This document shows positions 17,964 through 27,134 of a stretch of 64,000 nucleotides of DNA, piece by piece. Source of the DNA: Saccharofermentans sp. (GTDB lineage: Bacteria > Bacillota > Clostridia > Saccharofermentanales > Saccharofermentanaceae); assembly GCA_024403855.1 (NCBI GenBank), contig JAKSRC010000008.1, positions 4,584-68,583 on the forward strand, in the 5' to 3' direction. The notes below the pieces were generated by a model. The model ran no database searches. It was not told where the DNA came from and saw only the letters and a program-made list of their open reading frames with translations. The stretch's first letter is position 1, and the number at the start of each line of letters is the position of its first letter. The position numbers and the translations under genes were made by a program.

Positions 17964-19598
17964 TTACTTCGCTTTAGCAGCACTCTTCTTGAAAAGCTTG
18001 GCCTTAAACTTATTGATCCACTCAGTTGCTTCTTCCATACGGAGCAATACTGCACAAGTGAAATAGACAACTACAGCAACAACGCCCTTTAAAGCAACTA
18101 TTCCGAGCTGAACAACTTTGCGACCCTGTCCCGGTAAGAATCTATCGAGAACAAATACAGCAACGGCCATGATAGCTACACACAAAGCTGATTTCAAAAG
18201 GAACTTGATAATACCATGAGGTGCCAGTTCTTTTCTTCTGCAATACATAATCGAGAGCAAAATCATCTGGCAAATATTAGTAAATGAATATGCAAGAGAA
18301 AGGGATAACGGACCTACACCAAGTGCTACCATTACATAGCAAGCAACAGGATTGATTACCAGGCCTACAACACCGGCTACCAGCGGAAGCTTTGTCTGTC
18401 CAATAGCATAGAAAGCCTGATTAAATACGTGAACAACCGTTGCTGTTATTACAGAACTACAGAATCCCAAAAGGAATACAGCAGCCAAAGAAGCATGTTC
18501 ATTCGTATAGTTCGAATGCCACTGATAAATCGCTTTTACTACATCGACATTAAGCACTGCCATAAAGACAGCGGAAGGAATTGTCATGAACAAAGCACTC
18601 TTCATCGACTGAGATACAAGATCAGATGCTTTCTTATAATTCTCAGACTTGTAATCGCCGGAAAGTTCAGGTGTCATAACAGTCGTAATAGCAACAACGA
18701 ATACAGAATAAGGAATCTGCCAGATTGTAGAAGCATTTCTGAATGCGAAAACACTTCCTTCATCAAACTGCAATGCAAAGCTGTTAAGTACAATGTTATT
18801 AATCTGAATTACAGATGCAGAAATAAGAATCGGAATCGCACGCTTGAAAAGCTGGAATAATTCCTTGTCTACAAGATGGAAATCAAAGCGGAAATGCTTC
18901 ATCTGCTTGAATCCAAGTGAATACTGGAAAAGGAAATAGAACATTGAAGCAACCAGGATACCGCCGGTTGTCATCATAAGGTTACGCTGTGAGTTACCAC
19001 CGAAGAAAAAGATTGCAGCGATTACGAAGATGTTATAAAAAACAGGAGCAAAAGATGTAATCGTAAACTTTCTGTATGAGATGAGAATACCATTACAAAG
19101 AGCAGCAAGCATAATAAAGAAAATCTGTGGGAACAGAAGCTTTGAAGCCTGTGCAGCAAGCGGAATTATCTCAGGCTTTTTAATCTCATGAGACAAGCTG
19201 TAAAGGACATACAGGGGCTCAGAAAAAACACAACCTAAAGTACAGCAGATGACCATGACAATACTTACTGCCGTGATGAACTTACTTACAATCTTAATTG
19301 CTTCCTTCTCCTTGCCTACTGCAAGATTGGCACTGAGATAAGGAGCTATTGTTGAATAGATTGCTCCTCCAACCAAAAGGTTATAAAAGAGGTCAGGAAT
19401 ATTAAATGCAAGTGTGTACGCATCGCGATAAATTCCATCGCTGAATTTCAAAGAAACGATAACGTCGCGAATAAGGCCTGCGCCCTTAGTAATAATAAGA
19501 CCAATACCTACGATAATCGCAGATAATGCAAAACTCATACCCTTCTTTTTGGAAGGAGATGAAGCAGGTTTATTCTCTACTTTTGTATTCTCAGCCAC
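17964..19598 (-). CDS. murJ: lipid II flippase MurJ/MviN family
   Basis: 544 aa with about 14 TM segments. The N-terminal GAGLIRDVIVSLKF resembles the MurJ signature. Confidence 0.75.
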   Translation of the reverse strand: MAENTKVENKPASSPSKKKGMSFALSAIIVGIGLIITKGAGLIRDVIVSLKFSDGIYRDAYTLAFNIPDLFYNLLVGGAIYSTIAPYLSANLAVGKEKEAIKIVSKFITAVSIVMVICCTLGCVFSEPLYVLYSLSHEIKKPEIIPLAAQASKLLFPQIFFIMLAALCNGILISYRKFTITSFAPVFYNIFVIAAIFFFGGNSQRNLMMTTGGILVASMFYFLFQYSLGFKQMKHFRFDFHLVDKELFQLFKRAIPILISASVIQINNIVLNSFALQFDEGSVFAFRNASTIWQIPYSVFVVAITTVMTPELSGDYKSENYKKASDLVSQSMKSALFMTIPSAVFMAVLNVDVVKAIYQWHSNYTNEHASLAAVFLLGFCSSVITATVVHVFNQAFYAIGQTKLPLVAGVVGLVINPVACYVMVALGVGPLSLSLAYSFTNICQMILLSIMYCRRKELAPHGIIKFLLKSALCVAIMAVAVFVLDRFLPGQGRKVVQLGIVALKGVVAVVVYFTCAVLLRMEEATEWINKFKAKLFKKSAAKAK

Positions 19599-20111
19599 TT
19601 AAGCTTTACCATCCTTAATAAGCTTTTTCGCAAGATCAATAGCTGCCAGCGTTGTGCAGGTACGTATACTATCCCTGTCACCTGAAAAGTGCAACTCCAA
19701 CGCACCATTAGCACCAGTCTTTGAAAAGAAATATCCCATAAATACTGTGCCTACCGGTTTACCAGGCATATCCCCTGACGGGCCTGCAATTCCTGTAACT
19801 GATATTGCAAGATCCACTCCAATTACTCTGGCGACGCCCGCGGCCATTGCTGAAGCACATTCAATCGATACTTCTGTATGAGTGTCGATTATCTCAGAAG
19901 GTACTCCCAACACATTTTCTTTTACTTCGTTGGTATAAGAAACAACAGAACCTTTGAACGCTCTTGAAGCTCCCGGCACATCAACAACTGATTTTGAAAT
20001 CATGCCACCAGTAAGACTTTCAGCAAATCCGAAAGTAATGCCTTCAGCAGATGCTGCCTCTACAAGTTCAGTCGCACTTTCATAAATGTCAGCGATAATA
20101 TCAGCCATCAC
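19599..20111 (-). CDS. CinA C-terminal domain protein (nicotinamide-nucleotide amidohydrolase PncC-like)
   Basis: 170 aa. It shows FAESLTGGMIS and IAGPSG motifs of the CinA_C/PncC domain. There is no MoCF N-domain. Confidence 0.8.
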   Translation of the reverse strand: MMADIIADIYESATELVEAASAEGITFGFAESLTGGMISKSVVDVPGASRAFKGSVVSYTNEVKENVLGVPSEIIDTHTEVSIECASAMAAGVARVIGVDLAISVTGIAGPSGDMPGKPVGTVFMGYFFSKTGANGALELHFSGDRDSIRTCTTLAAIDLAKKLIKDGKA

Positions 20112-23109
20112 TGTTCCTTGCCTGCATTTCGAGCCACTCTGTTTCAGTGATTAAGATCTTTCTGGGCTTACTTCCTTCGAAAGGTCCGATGATCTTCTTC
20201 TTTTCGAGCTCGTCAACAAGTCTTGCAGCTCTCGGATAACCAACTCCAAGTCTTCTCTGAAGGACAGATACGCTGGCACTTCCGTATTCAAGTACTGTCT
20301 GAACAGCCTGATTGAAAAGATCGTCTGTAGCTGAACCACCTGATGAAGAAGCACCGGATGATCCACCGGAAGGCTGATCCTCACCTGAAGTTACCCTGTC
20401 GATATCCTTGATAATACCTTCGTCATACATAGCACCATAAGTATCCTTAAGGTACTTAACAACACTTTCAACTTCGTTATCAGAAAGGAAAGCACCCTGG
20501 CCTCTTACCGGCTGTGGAGCACTCATAGGAGCATAGAGCATATCGCCCTTACCAAGGAGTTTTTCAGCACCATATGAATCAAGGATAGTTCTTGAATCGA
20601 CACCAGAAGTAACTGCAAATGCGATTCTTGAACCGATATTAGCCTTAATTACACCTGTAATGACGTCAACAGAAGGTCTCTGTGTTGCGATAAGAAGGTG
20701 AATACCGGCTGCACGCGCAAGAGCGGCAAGTCTTGAAATATAAGTCTCAACTTCTTTTGCTGCGACCATCATAAGTTCTGCAAGCTCATCGATTACGATA
20801 AGGATCAAAGGCAAATGTTCAACCTCAGGAACATTCTTGTACTTCTCATTGAATCCCTTAATATCTCTTACCTGACCATCTTCGAAAAGCTTATATCTTC
20901 TCTGCATCTCAGTAACTGCCCAGTTAAGTGCACCTGCTGCCTTCTTAGGGTCAGTGATGACAGGCATAATAAGATGAGGAACTCCGTTATAGATAGAAAG
21001 CTCAACGACCTTAGGGTCAACAAGAATCATTCGAACTTCTTCAGGTGATGAATGAACGAGGATACTTGTAAGAATTGAGTTGATACATACTGACTTACCT
21101 GAACCGGTAGAACCTGCAATCATAAGGTGAGGCATCTTCGCCAGGTCGCAATAGATAGGTCTGCCCGGAATGTCTCTTCCTAAAGCTACAGTAAGAGGTG
21201 TTGCAGCCTTGAAATCCTTTGTCTCGACTAAGCCTCTTAACTGAACCGGTGTCGGAACATCATTAGGGATCTCGATACCGATAGCACTCTTACCCGGAAT
21301 AGGAGCTTCAATTCTGATAGATATTGCTGCCATAGCAAGCATGATATCATCCTGAAGATTGGTTACTCTTGATACCTTAGTACCTGTCTCAAGAGTAAGC
21401 TCAAATCTCGTAATTGATGGTCCGTGAGTAATATTTACTACAGTTGCGCTAATACCAAAACTCTTAAGAGCATCTTCAAGCTTATGAGCTTTCTCATGAA
21501 GTTTTCTTTCAAGATCAGCATCAGTACGCTGCTTAACTTCCTGAGCCAGGCAACTTGTCGGAGCAGGCTTATAGTTTCTGAGCATTCTTCTCTGAGCCTT
21601 AAGACGAGCTTCCTGCTTCTTTGTATCTTCAGCAAATTCTATGCTGGGATTTGAAGGCTGGGGCTTATCAACTGTAGAAGTCTTGAATTTTCTTCCCTCT
21701 GTTCTGCTAAAGCCTTCAGTATCCTCACTTTCAGCATTAATAGTGATTCTGCCGGCATCCTCAGCTGATTCCTGAACAGGATCTTCAACCTCTTCAATCT
21801 CTTCGATTCCTTCTACTTCTTCAATTTCCTCAATATCCTGAGTATTTGTAAAAGCTGAAAGATTGATATTAGGTTCTCTTACAGAACGCTCATTTTCAGA
21901 ATAATCATATCCTGTACCTTCACTGTCTTCGCTGATCTCATAGGGATCTTCGATACCACTGTATGGATCTTCAGGAATCTGTTCTTTCTTTTTTGAATCT
22001 GAAAGGTCGTAGAAATCTTCCTTCTTGTCCTTGCTAAGGAAAGATAATCCCTTCTTCTCTTTCTTGGTCTTTGCCGCACCGGGAATATTAAGCGGATCAG
22101 TTATATAACCGAAATCAGCCTCGTTGCCCTGAGGCGCAGAAACATCGTATTCCTTCTCGTTATATGCAAGCTTTCCGGGATCCTGCTGAACTGCATGAAT
22201 CTGACCTCCGGTAAGCTTATCTACATCTGTGAAACCAGTCTGACCATCAATAGGAACATTGGTCATAAAAGGACCCTGCTTATCAGAATGAACACCACGT
22301 ACAGGTTTCTTACCGCTCTGAACAAACCTTGAGCTATAGTCAACATTGCCATTGGAAGATACCATACCGCCATTACCGTATGTGATAACAGTTGAACCAG
22401 AAGCGCGCTGCTTGGGGCTGGGCTCGTAACCATTGCCTGAATAAATCTGATAATTAGGATTATTCTGTCGCTGGTTCTTATGACCTACAACGCTGTTATA
22501 TACCTTGCCTGAAGCAGTGCTTATTGCCTGAGCTGTCTTCTTGGCTGTTGCTTTAAGAGATACTCTGAAGACAAGAAGAATCTGTGTGAGCAGGAAAACA
22601 ATTATTGCCATTACACCGATTACATTGCCGGTAACTTCGAAAAGAGCAACAGCAATAGAACCACCAACAATTCCGCCCGGAAGGACGAAGGAAGAATCAG
22701 AAATATCTGTGATTATCTTGCCGTCTACACCTGACTCCCACAAGAGAGAAAGAGCTTTAAGTGCGGAAGTCTTGCCGTCCTGATTGACGCACATACTCTC
22801 GAAATAATCCATATTCATAGTAATGAGTGCAAGAAGTGCTGATACAGAGACAAGGAGAAGAATTATACTTCTGACTCTGATTCCGGATACACCCTGTCTC
22901 TTCTCAAAAAAGACATCTAAAGCGACATAAAGAATATAAATCGGGATTGCATAAGCAGCTACGCCGATAAGTCCTAAGAAGAAACTCTTTACGGCGCTAC
23001 CGATAATGCCTGTCAAAGCTACAGGTAGATAGAAGATAAGTATTATGGCAATTGCTACGAAGAACAGTACTATTCCCGCAGCTTCTTTGCGTGAAGTATC
23101 TCTGCTCAA
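20101..23109 (-). CDS. ftsK: DNA translocase FtsK/SpoIIIE
   Basis: 1002 aa. N-terminal TM segments are followed by a long low-complexity linker. Walker A is AGSTGSGKSV and Walker B is VIDELAEL. The C-terminal gamma wHTH shows VSVLQRRLGVGYPRAARLVDELE. Confidence 0.95.
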   Translation of the reverse strand: MSRDTSRKEAAGIVLFFVAIAIILIFYLPVALTGIIGSAVKSFFLGLIGVAAYAIPIYILYVALDVFFEKRQGVSGIRVRSIILLLVSVSALLALITMNMDYFESMCVNQDGKTSALKALSLLWESGVDGKIITDISDSSFVLPGGIVGGSIAVALFEVTGNVIGVMAIIVFLLTQILLVFRVSLKATAKKTAQAISTASGKVYNSVVGHKNQRQNNPNYQIYSGNGYEPSPKQRASGSTVITYGNGGMVSSNGNVDYSSRFVQSGKKPVRGVHSDKQGPFMTNVPIDGQTGFTDVDKLTGGQIHAVQQDPGKLAYNEKEYDVSAPQGNEADFGYITDPLNIPGAAKTKKEKKGLSFLSKDKKEDFYDLSDSKKKEQIPEDPYSGIEDPYEISEDSEGTGYDYSENERSVREPNINLSAFTNTQDIEEIEEVEGIEEIEEVEDPVQESAEDAGRITINAESEDTEGFSRTEGRKFKTSTVDKPQPSNPSIEFAEDTKKQEARLKAQRRMLRNYKPAPTSCLAQEVKQRTDADLERKLHEKAHKLEDALKSFGISATVVNITHGPSITRFELTLETGTKVSRVTNLQDDIMLAMAAISIRIEAPIPGKSAIGIEIPNDVPTPVQLRGLVETKDFKAATPLTVALGRDIPGRPIYCDLAKMPHLMIAGSTGSGKSVCINSILTSILVHSSPEEVRMILVDPKVVELSIYNGVPHLIMPVITDPKKAAGALNWAVTEMQRRYKLFEDGQVRDIKGFNEKYKNVPEVEHLPLILIVIDELAELMMVAAKEVETYISRLAALARAAGIHLLIATQRPSVDVITGVIKANIGSRIAFAVTSGVDSRTILDSYGAEKLLGKGDMLYAPMSAPQPVRGQGAFLSDNEVESVVKYLKDTYGAMYDEGIIKDIDRVTSGEDQPSGGSSGASSSGGSATDDLFNQAVQTVLEYGSASVSVLQRRLGVGYPRAARLVDELEKKKIIGPFEGSKPRKILITETEWLEMQARNSDG

Positions 23110-23666
23110 ATTCCCATCCTCCTGGAAGCCTTATAAAGTAAAACTAAAGTCTTGGCATCTCTAATCTTTCCACTGTCAGCTAACTCAAGAGCTTCTTTTA
23201 AAGGCATCTTTACCGTTGCGACATATTCATTCAAATCAGGCGCTCCGCCTTCATACTTGAGTTCTGTTCCGATATACAGATGAATAACTTCACTGCAGTA
23301 ACCGGGTGTTGCAACCATAGAACCAACAGATTCAATCTTGCCTGCAACAAAGCCTGTCTCTTCAGTAATCTCTCTGGATGCGCAGTTATAGGGATCCTCG
23401 CCCTTTTCGATCTTGCCGGCAGGAGCCTCCATCATGACCTCTTCAAAAGGACTTCTGAACTGCTTAACAAGGTAACAGTTGCCTTCGTCATCAATCGGAA
23501 GGACTGATGCTCCACCGTTGTGTTTTACGATTTCTCTGTGGCTTTCTCTGCCCTCAGGTGTGGTAATTGTCTTTACCTCTACCTCGAAAACCTTTCCTTC
23601 GAACTTCTTCTCAGAAGATATAGTCTTCTCGAAAAGCATATCGTCAGTGCAGTTTATTCTACCCAT
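23106..23666 (-). CDS. Nudix hydrolase (ADP-ribose pyrophosphatase-like)
   Basis: The Nudix box GKIEKGEDPYNCASREITEETGF fits GX5EX7REUXEEXGU. Confidence 0.85.
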   Translation of the reverse strand: MGRINCTDDMLFEKTISSEKKFEGKVFEVEVKTITTPEGRESHREIVKHNGGASVLPIDDEGNCYLVKQFRSPFEEVMMEAPAGKIEKGEDPYNCASREITEETGFVAGKIESVGSMVATPGYCSEVIHLYIGTELKYEGGAPDLNEYVATVKMPLKEALELADSGKIRDAKTLVLLYKASRRMGI

Positions 23667-24130
23667 TAAATGTTACCCTTACCTTCGCTGATTTTCTTCC
23701 ATTCCTTTACCGCAAGTTCATCACAACGGTTATTAAACTCATTGTCGGAATGTCCTTTGACCTTGTGGAAAACTACCTTGTGCGTGGAAGTAAGATTAAT
23801 AAGTTCTTTCCAAAGATCCGAATTGGCTACCTCAGCCTTCGCGCTGTTCTTCCATCCGTTCTTGACCCATTTACCTATCCAGTTCTGCTCAAAAGCATTT
23901 ACAACATAGGCACTGTCGCTATAGATATCTACGTTGCAAGGTCTCTTCAAGGCACGGAGACCTTCAATTACAGCCATCAGCTCCATACGGTTATTTGTCG
24001 TATCGCTCTCACCACCTGAAAGCTCTTTCTTGGCACCGCCTGCCATAAGAATGCAAGCCCAGCCACCCGGACCGGGATTACCTGAGCATGCGCCGTCTGT
24101 ATAGATTGTTACTTCACTGATAACTGCCAT
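23666..24130 (-). CDS. rnhA: ribonuclease HI
   Basis: Shows DGACSGNPGPGGWA, TNNRMEL, DSAYV and GHSDNEFNNRCDELA motifs. Confidence 0.9.
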   Translation of the reverse strand: MAVISEVTIYTDGACSGNPGPGGWACILMAGGAKKELSGGESDTTNNRMELMAVIEGLRALKRPCNVDIYSDSAYVVNAFEQNWIGKWVKNGWKNSAKAEVANSDLWKELINLTSTHKVVFHKVKGHSDNEFNNRCDELAVKEWKKISEGKGNI

Positions 24131-24142
24131 ATCTGTCAGGGA

Positions 24143-24946
24143 TTACTTATTGCCCTTCATTAACTGAGTTTTGTCATATGCGGCAGTAACTGACTTAATA
24201 ACCGCATTTCTTAATCCGTTCTCTTCAAGAGCCATAACACCTGCGATAGTTGTTCCTCCGGGAGAACATACCATATCCTTCAAAACTGCAGGATGTGTAC
24301 CTGTCTCAAGAGCGAGCTTACCGGAACCTGCAACTGTTGCAGCGGCAATCTTAAGTGCATCTGCTCTCTTGATACCAAGGCTTACTGCAGCATCAGCCAT
24401 AGCCTCAATAAAGAGCATGACGTAAGCAGGGCCTGTACCGGAAACGCAGCCTATTGCGTCCAATGTATTCTCATCGCAGAGAATCGTCTCTCCACATGTA
24501 TTAAGGAGTTTAAGCACGAAAGAAGTCTCTTCGTCATTAAGTCCGACAGGACAAACTGCAGAAACTCCAAGTCCTACCTGTGCAGGAGTATTAGGCATGA
24601 TTCTGACGAACTTCATTCCTTCGCCAAGGATATTGCCAATTCTCTCACAAGTAACGGCAGCAGCAATTGAAAGAACGATAGATCCAGCCTTAAGGCTTGG
24701 CTTAACATCCATCAATGCCTTATCGAAATGAATAGGCTTTACAGCCATAAGGACATAATCAGCGCCATCTACGGCTTCACTTATTGAAGAAGCAGCATTG
24801 ACCTTAAGATCGGCAGCACATTTTGCACATGCTTCCTCGAAAACATCAAAACACCAAGCGTCTGAGGGATTAATAACTCCGCCATTAACGAAACCGCTCA
24901 AAAGAGCCTTTCCCATATTGCCTGTTCCGATAACTGCCAATTTCAT
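24143..24946 (-). CDS. proC: pyrroline-5-carboxylate reductase
   Basis: The Rossmann motif IGTGNMGKAL is present, and the C-terminal SPGGTT motif is typical of P5CR. Confidence 0.9.
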   Translation of the reverse strand: MKLAVIGTGNMGKALLSGFVNGGVINPSDAWCFDVFEEACAKCAADLKVNAASSISEAVDGADYVLMAVKPIHFDKALMDVKPSLKAGSIVLSIAAAVTCERIGNILGEGMKFVRIMPNTPAQVGLGVSAVCPVGLNDEETSFVLKLLNTCGETILCDENTLDAIGCVSGTGPAYVMLFIEAMADAAVSLGIKRADALKIAAATVAGSGKLALETGTHPAVLKDMVCSPGGTTIAGVMALEENGLRNAVIKSVTAAYDKTQLMKGNK

Positions 24947-25001
24947 CGAGTTTCTCTCCTTATTAATATAAAACTAAGACGAAACAATCTTAACATTACC
25001 C

Positions 25002-25028
25002 TTGACATAGTGCAAACCAATGTATAAA
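25002..25028 (+). promoter_or_regulatory. candidate promoter for tRNA-Trp
   Basis: TTGACA (25002-25007) and TATAAA (25023-25028). The 15-nt spacer is short, or 16 nt if the -10 is read as ATAAAC after a TG. Confidence 0.45.
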
Positions 25029-25045
25029 CTATCTGTTGCAAACTT

Positions 25046-25120
25046 AGGGGAGTGGCTCAACGGTAGAGCAGCGGTCTCCAAAACCGCCGGTTGCGCGTTC
25101 AAATCGTGTCTCCCCTGCCA
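25046..25120 (+). tRNA. trnW: tRNA-Trp (anticodon CCA), CCA end encoded
   Basis: The hand-folded cloverleaf has acceptor AGGGGAG/CTCCCCT, D stem GCTC/GAGC and anticodon stem GCGGT/ACCGC. The anticodon loop is CTCCAAA and the T loop is TTCAAAT. Confidence 0.9.
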
Positions 25121-25126
25121 ATTTAC

Positions 25127-25161
25127 GAGGTTGCCTTCACTTGAAGGCAACCTCTTTTTTT
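25127..25161 (+). terminator. intrinsic terminator of tRNA-Trp
   Basis: GAGGTTGCCTTCA / TGAAGGCAACCTC form the stem, followed by a run of 7 T. Confidence 0.9.
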
Positions 25162-25255
25162 CGAGATTTTCCGTTTTTCAAAGAAAACAAAAAAGGGACA
25201 ATGCTTTTAACATTGTCCCAAAAACTGAATTTACAAATAATATATCGTGGATAAA

Positions 25256-26221
25256 TCAGGTCGTAGCTGTAGTTTCTGCGACTGAAACTGTCGGTTCAGT
25301 TGCTGCGATATCAAGATCTTCCCTGATCTGTGATGCACTCAGTGCATTTTTGGGAACGATATCGATTACGATATAAGGATAAACAATTCCGCCATCGCCG
25401 GTCTTCTTTACTGCTACCAGTCTGAAACCATAATTACCCTTGACGTAGTATCTGACATCACCATTATACTCATTCATCGCTTTCATGCCGATATCCATTG
25501 CCTGATACATAGTAAGCTCCGGATAGAGTGCACTTATTGCATTTGAGGCGTAGAGCCAGACCGTATTAAATTGATTCTCGTTATAAAGGACATATACTCT
25601 GACATAAGAAAGCGTATCATCACTCTTTCTGGTTGCACCTTCAACACCACCATCATAGTTATACTTGAAGGGACCTGAGAAATAATCAACAAACATACCA
25701 TTACCGCTGATTACTTCCTTTTCGCCCAAAATGCTGGGCTTCTTATTGATATCAACAAACGCAGGTGTTCTGAATCCGATATCAACACCACTATTGATGA
25801 GAGATTTATTTACTTCGCCATTATTGAATCTTGTCTGAAATTCCTGAAGAGTCATACCCATTGTAGGTGTAACCGCATTGGGAAGCACAAAATAAATTCC
25901 TGCAACAATAATTGCAAGGAAAGCAAGTATCAGGCATACGGGAATGATAGGATCTTTCTTGCACTTATCGATAAAAGAACCATCGTTATCAGAAGACTTT
26001 TCAGCCTTATCAGCCTTTTCTTCTTTAACTTCTTCAGCCTCTTCAACAGTTTCGGAAGTCTCTTCGCTTACTTCTTCTGCTACTTCTTCATCAGAAGCGA
26101 CAATTTCCTCGGCTTCTTCAGAAGTTTCTTCGATGAGTTCAACTTCCTTTTCTTTGGTCTCTTTGTCGCTCTTTATATCATTCTGCTGAGGCTTTTTGCC
26201 CTTATTTTTTGACTTAGACAT
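25256..26221 (-). CDS. hypothetical single-pass membrane protein with a highly acidic N-terminal tail
   Basis: 321 aa. The N-terminal ~95 aa are rich in K/E/S/V (EEAEEIVASDEEVAEEVSEETSE...). One TM segment (IIPVCLILAFLAIIVAGIYFVL) precedes a ~200-aa extracytoplasmic domain. I recognise no motif. Confidence 0.6.
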   Translation of the reverse strand: MSKSKNKGKKPQQNDIKSDKETKEKEVELIEETSEEAEEIVASDEEVAEEVSEETSETVEEAEEVKEEKADKAEKSSDNDGSFIDKCKKDPIIPVCLILAFLAIIVAGIYFVLPNAVTPTMGMTLQEFQTRFNNGEVNKSLINSGVDIGFRTPAFVDINKKPSILGEKEVISGNGMFVDYFSGPFKYNYDGGVEGATRKSDDTLSYVRVYVLYNENQFNTVWLYASNAISALYPELTMYQAMDIGMKAMNEYNGDVRYYVKGNYGFRLVAVKKTGDGGIVYPYIVIDIVPKNALSASQIREDLDIAATEPTVSVAETTATT

Positions 26222-26351
26222 AGTTAGGAATCCTCCTGTTTAACCCCGATATTATAAATATAAATCACAGTCTTGTAAAACCAAAGTCTGCAAGCCTTAA
26301 AAGAATCGTGTACAATATCTCCATAGGATTTGATTTAAGGGGGATAAAATC

Positions 26352-27056
26352 ATGCCGCATTTATTGATTTCGGGAGGCACCAGAGGCATTGGAAAAGCTT
26401 GCATCGAGCTGTTCCTGAAACATGGATATAAAGTCTCTTCAGTAAGCCGCACAGGCAAGCCCGAAAACGCGTTAAGCGGCGTAGATTACTACGTTTGCGA
26501 CGTTTCTGACCCTGCTCAGGTATCTGATGTAGTAAATGAAATTACAAATGCCAATGGCACCATTGATGTACTTATCTCCAACGCCGGAATCTCTCATTCC
26601 GGACTTATCCAGGATATGACTTACACCGATTACAGGGACATTATGGACACCAATTTCGGTGGACTTTTCAACCTGACAAAAGCCGTAATTCCTCAGATGG
26701 TAAGCCATAAAAACGGCGTTATTCTCGCTGTATCTTCCATGTGGGGGCAGACAGGCGCATCCTGTGAAGCTTTATATTCAGCAAGCAAGGGAGCTGTCGA
26801 CTCTTACATAAAGGCATTAGCAAAAGAGCTTGGTCCTTCAGGTATTAGAGTAAATGCCGTCTCACCCGGATGTATCGATACAGACATGATGAGCTGTTAT
26901 TCTGCGGAAGATAAGGCCGCACTATGCGAAGAAACTCCTTTAGGAAAGCTCGGCACCCCTTCTGAGGTTGCTGAAGTTCTGTACTTCCTCCAATCAGACA
27001 AGGCCTCTTTCATCACCGGACAGATAGTCGGTGTAAATGGCGGTTTCCTGATTTAA
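26352..27056 (+). CDS. short-chain dehydrogenase/reductase (FabG-like)
   Basis: Shows GGTRGIGKA, NAG and the catalytic YSASKGAV (YxxxK). Confidence 0.85.
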   Translation: MPHLLISGGTRGIGKACIELFLKHGYKVSSVSRTGKPENALSGVDYYVCDVSDPAQVSDVVNEITNANGTIDVLISNAGISHSGLIQDMTYTDYRDIMDTNFGGLFNLTKAVIPQMVSHKNGVILAVSSMWGQTGASCEALYSASKGAVDSYIKALAKELGPSGIRVNAVSPGCIDTDMMSCYSAEDKAALCEETPLGKLGTPSEVAEVLYFLQSDKASFITGQIVGVNGGFLI

Positions 27057-27134
27057 TTGAATTAGTCAGTTTAATCATTTAAACTAATAAAATGTTTTTT
27101 ACAAAACTACTATGCCTCAGAAAGGAGTGGACTT

